Assembly (NCBI GenBank): GCA_040767085.1
Contig: JAXGPF010000007.1
Span: forward strand, 32,001-96,000
Length of the DNA stretch: 64,000 bases
Origin: Kiritimatiellia bacterium
GTDB taxonomy: Bacteria > Verrucomicrobiota > Kiritimatiellia > JAAZAB01
Direction: 5' to 3'
The position numbers were made by a program, and so were the translations under genes. Below the pieces are notes generated by a model. The model did no database searches and was not told the origin of the DNA. It was given only the letters and a program-made list of their open reading frames with translations. This document shows, one piece after another, positions 62,543-64,000 of this stretch (positions are counted from its first letter, which is position 1; every line of letters starts with the position of its first letter).

Positions 62543-63541
62543 GTGGACCAGATTAACCTTGACCGCCAACCCGAATTGATCCAGGGCGCCGCCTGCATCG
62601 TCCGCCGCGGCCGGGCCTGGCATCCCGCCCGCATGACTGCGGCGCTGGAAAAGCATTACGGCGATAACCCCGCCCACCTTGCCCGCGCGGTTTGCACGGC
62701 CGGCATCCGCCTGGCCCTGCGGACCGACGCCCCGGAAATCCAGGTCGGCCTCCAATACGCCCGCTCCTGCCGGCCGCTCTCACAGTGTGACGTGTTTATT
62801 GACGGGCAGCCGGCCGCGCCAATCGCGCCCGCGCCGGATGCCGCGGATGTTGCCGCCACCGTACCGCTGCCCGGCGGCGCGCCGCACACCTTGGAAATTT
62901 ACCTGCCGCATTGCCGGGAAGTCTTTATTTCCAGCCTGACCGTCGCCAAGGGCTCTTCCATTGCGCCGCTGCCCCGCCCCCGCACGCGCTGGCTGGCCCT
63001 GGGCGACTCGATCACCCAGGGCATGGCGGCCACCTCCCCCGCCCTGACCTGGACTGCGCGCATCGCCCGGCAGTTGGCATGGGACCTGCATAACCTGGGC
63101 GTGGGCGGCGCCATTCTACAGGCTGAACTGGGTCAATTGGCGCTGGATCTGCCATGGAACATCGTCACCGTGGCTTTTGGTGTCAACGATTTCAACCAGG
63201 ACCGGCCATTGGATGAACTGCAGGCCGAAACGCGCGCGCTCCTGGAAACGCTCCAGCAGCGGCCGCGGGCTGCGATTTACCTTTTGACACCGGTGCCCTG
63301 GGCCGGCCGCACTACGCCCAATAAGCTCAACCTCTACCTGGAAGATTACCGCCAGGCATTGCGGCAGGCCGCCGCCGGCCTGCCCCAGGTGTCAGTCATT
63401 GAAGGCGCGGCGCTGCTGGATGACCGGGAAGACCTGTTCGCCGACAAAGTCCATCCCAACAACGCCGGCATGGCGCAATTCGCCGAACGCCTGGCGGCCG
63501 CAGTGCGGCCGGCCGCAGCGTGCAGCCGCGGCCATTCTTGA
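62543..63541 (+). CDS. SGNH/GDSL hydrolase
   Basis: LGDSITQG, NLGVGG, FGVND, DKVHP. Confidence 0.88.
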   Translation: MDQINLDRQPELIQGAACIVRRGRAWHPARMTAALEKHYGDNPAHLARAVCTAGIRLALRTDAPEIQVGLQYARSCRPLSQCDVFIDGQPAAPIAPAPDAADVAATVPLPGGAPHTLEIYLPHCREVFISSLTVAKGSSIAPLPRPRTRWLALGDSITQGMAATSPALTWTARIARQLAWDLHNLGVGGAILQAELGQLALDLPWNIVTVAFGVNDFNQDRPLDELQAETRALLETLQQRPRAAIYLLTPVPWAGRTTPNKLNLYLEDYRQALRQAAAGLPQVSVIEGAALLDDREDLFADKVHPNNAGMAQFAERLAAAVRPAAACSRGHS

Positions 63542-63634
63542 TTTTACCCGTCGGGCGTTCTACCATGCCGGCCGGCCCCGCGGCCCTGCCGGCCGACGGA
63601 ACGCTGAACATCAAAACTTGAAAGATTGAACAAC

Positions 63635-64000
63635 ATGCTCGACTGTAAAATCATCCACGGCACGATCATTGACGGCGACGGCAATCCGCCCCGTCTGGCG
63701 GATGTTGGCGTTCAAAATGATCGCATCGCCGCCATCGGCCGGCTGGCGGATGCACCCGCTGTCCGGACGTTCGACGCCGCCGGACAATACCTCTGCCCGG
63801 GCTTCATTGACGCCCACTCGCATTCCGACGCCTTCCTGCTGATCGAGCCGGCCGCCCCCAGCAAGCTTTATCAAGGGGTCACCACTGAAGTCACCGGCAA
63901 TTGCGGCGCTTCAGCCGCGCCCATCAAAGAATGGACATACCTGTCTCCCGACTGGAGCAGCATGGACTACCCGCTGGGGCACTGGCAAACATTCGCGGAA
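63635..64000 (+). CDS. N-acyl-D-amino-acid deacylase (partial, runs off the window)
   Basis: Hand translation MLDCKIIHGTIIDGDG...ADVGV...PGFIDAHSHSD...QGVTTEVTGNCG. Confidence 0.88.
   Translation, partial: MLDCKIIHGTIIDGDGNPPRLADVGVQNDRIAAIGRLADAPAVRTFDAAGQYLCPGFIDAHSHSDAFLLIEPAAPSKLYQGVTTEVTGNCGASAAPIKEWTYLSPDWSSMDYPLGHWQTFAE

Overview
GC-rich bacterial chromosomal window. Gene content (DUF4838, UroD-like, Gfo/Idh/MocA, beta-helix and glycoside-hydrolase-like secreted proteins) suggests an anaerobic, sugar-fermenting PVC-group organism such as Kiritimatiellae/Lentisphaerae; this is inference only. Core genes: eda-kdgK, pyrK-pyrD, DUF2723/TPR, nifU-nifS, a tolQRA/exbBD-tonB-like set, 2-hydroxyacid dehydrogenase, ackA, tRNA-Leu(TAG), PFOR, ispH, tatD, queG. 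Two accessory patches stand out. (1) About 8.1-11.8 kb: an RHS remnant, a low-GC Kelch gene split by an IS1380 with a 6-bp target duplication, and an IS66 tnpA relic. (2) About 53.2-56.9 kb: a HUH/Y1 (RAYT-like) transposase element with short terminal inverted repeats whose 3' end is reiterated as a ladder of mostly lengthening copies at two separate loci, an IS1202-type IS, and an integrase-less integron-type cassette (attI-like site, ORF, attC). Non-coding structure also includes two candidate MITEs (965-1130; 46073-46443 with a nested rod-like hairpin), GTAG-type REP clusters and a 21x heptamer tandem repeat. No CRISPR array or rRNA was seen. All family assignments are by visual motif recognition; no searches were run.
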